A stretch of 55,699 nucleotides of DNA, filler included, from Basidiobolus ranarum (taxonomy: Eukaryota): assembly GCA_040143965.1 (NCBI GenBank). It is 5 parts of 5 records of this genome, joined end to end, with 100 filler letters (N's around TTAATTAATTAA, not from the genome) between each part and the next. Parts side by side here need not be neighbours in the genome. Positions count along the whole stretch, not along the records: positions 44,656 to 55,699 come from JASJQH010007519.1; 4 more parts are not named here. One strand, written 5' to 3'. The position numbers and the translations under genes were made by a program. A model generated the notes under the pieces. The model ran no database searches and was not told where the DNA came from. It saw nothing but the letters and a program-made list of their open reading frames with translations. Each line of letters begins with the position of its first letter. Position 1 is the first letter of the stretch. Shown here in pieces: positions 54,485 to 55,699 of this stretch.

Positions 54485-55342
54485 GTTAAGCAGGTTAAGG
54501 GTTTCACTTCAAGAATATAAGGATACGAGTAGTGAGAGAAAAAGTGGTCTATTGTGTATTAATTTCAATTGATGTCCAAAAATGAAATCCGTTCAATTTC
54601 CCATTTAAAAAATTCATATCAACACCTGCGAAATACGCGTATTACATTCATATTCACGCATAGCTTGATGCTAATAATCGCTCAAAGTGATCATTCTGTT
54701 TCTTGACTATATCAAATCCCAAATGATTTGGGAGCCTTGTTGCAATCATCTACCTCGCTTCATCAAAATATCTGAAGATCGCTTAGAGCCATCACCAGGT
54801 GTAGACAGCAAACATCCAACTGTTCAACGAGCAAGAATTTATTGCTTCCATGGATTTGATAAGTTCATCGGTTGTTTATTTGTGTGCTTATATAAAGTGG
54901 GCAGAAAAGATGGACATTCGCCTCGAGTCATCACAACTCGTCACCGAATGAACAAGATTCAGTTGAATGGATTCTTGGAAATGGAACAAGCTCGCTTTAA
55001 TTACGCCACTGAGAAGGTTAGCAATGCTAAGTCTCCTCAGATTCATGGCAAGCGTTACAAGGATAAAATGATACGAGAAAGGAAGAGAAGTAATGAAATA
55101 GGTGAAACAAATATAAACCGACAAATGCTTTGTCTACGAATCAACAGGAGTATAAATAATGGCAGGGACAGTTGAAGGTGAAATAAATTGGTGGTCCGAA
55201 AAGTGTGAAATCTCTCTAATGAATGCAAGAATAGTTGAGCTCGCCTTAAAACAGTGAGACTATGTGGAAAATGATATTCAAACCTAGTTGAATTCGAAGT
55301 TTTGAATGGAAACAACATGAAGATTCTTGAGCAACTTTGAAG

Positions 55343-55699
55343 TTATTGCTCATTGAATTTCTCGCGCCATGCCATACGTACTCGATCCCACGCGCTGCCC
55401 AAAGAGTCCACAGCAGGACGTACATCGACGTGGAATACTGGAGTATCACTCTCTGGGTCATCTACTCCTCCGTAGTAATCAATTACATAGCGGATTTCTT
55501 TGCCGCAACGATCAACCACCCAATCGTGTCTATCAAATGGAGGAGGGGTGCTAGAGCAAATAGATGAATATACCGATGATGACAAGTGTTATAGAAAAAG
55601 CAGAACTTACCCAAACCAGCCGAACACTCTAGCCTTGGGACTAAGTCTATCGGGGCGGCCCATGAAGCGAAGTAACTTGGGTTCGCCACACTTACTGTA
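55343..55699 (-). CDS. Holocytochrome c synthase (cytochrome c/c1 heme lyase), C-terminal exons; 5' end outside the window
   Basis: [18 protein letters not shown], intron 55610-55551, then [28 protein letters not shown]. Confidence 0.93.

Noticed and set aside
54687-55175. 162-aa plus-strand ORF between MED20 and the heme lyase
   Set aside because: GTG start, no recognisable motif and no splice support. It cannot be excluded, but nothing supports it.

Overview
Eukaryotic, intron-containing fungal DNA. An early-diverging lineage (Zoopagomycota/Mucoromycota type) is inferred from the class V chitin synthase, an NR2C2AP homologue and a U12 intron. The window is not one locus. It is five contigs (11079, 11062, 11060, 11054 and 11044 bp, sorted by length) joined by artificial N44-TTAATTAATTAA-N44 linkers. 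Contig 1: myosin-motor chitin synthase with a frame break before DEK-C, and a DUF202 gene missed by the ORF track. Contig 2: MATE transporter, a nearly CpG-free block of decayed Ty1/copia elements and LTRs, and an ABCG transporter. Contig 3: syntaxin, a small membrane protein, a PDR-type ABCG and a chimeric pseudogene of it. Contig 4: copia 5' end with a half-tRNAiMet primer site, an unknown coiled-coil gene, adjacent bacterial-type MscS and YdcZ genes carrying introns, and a PI-PLC-like protein. Contig 5: secreted GxxxG-repeat protein, NR2C2AP with a U12-type AT-AC intron, a pepsin with its first catalytic Asp altered, an ABCG with a Cys-rich ectodomain, MED20 and a heme lyase. The strongest leads are the minor-spliceosome AT-AC intron, the intronised bacterial-type MscS/YdcZ pair and the extreme CpG loss in the transposons. 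All family calls come from manual motif recognition; no searches were run.
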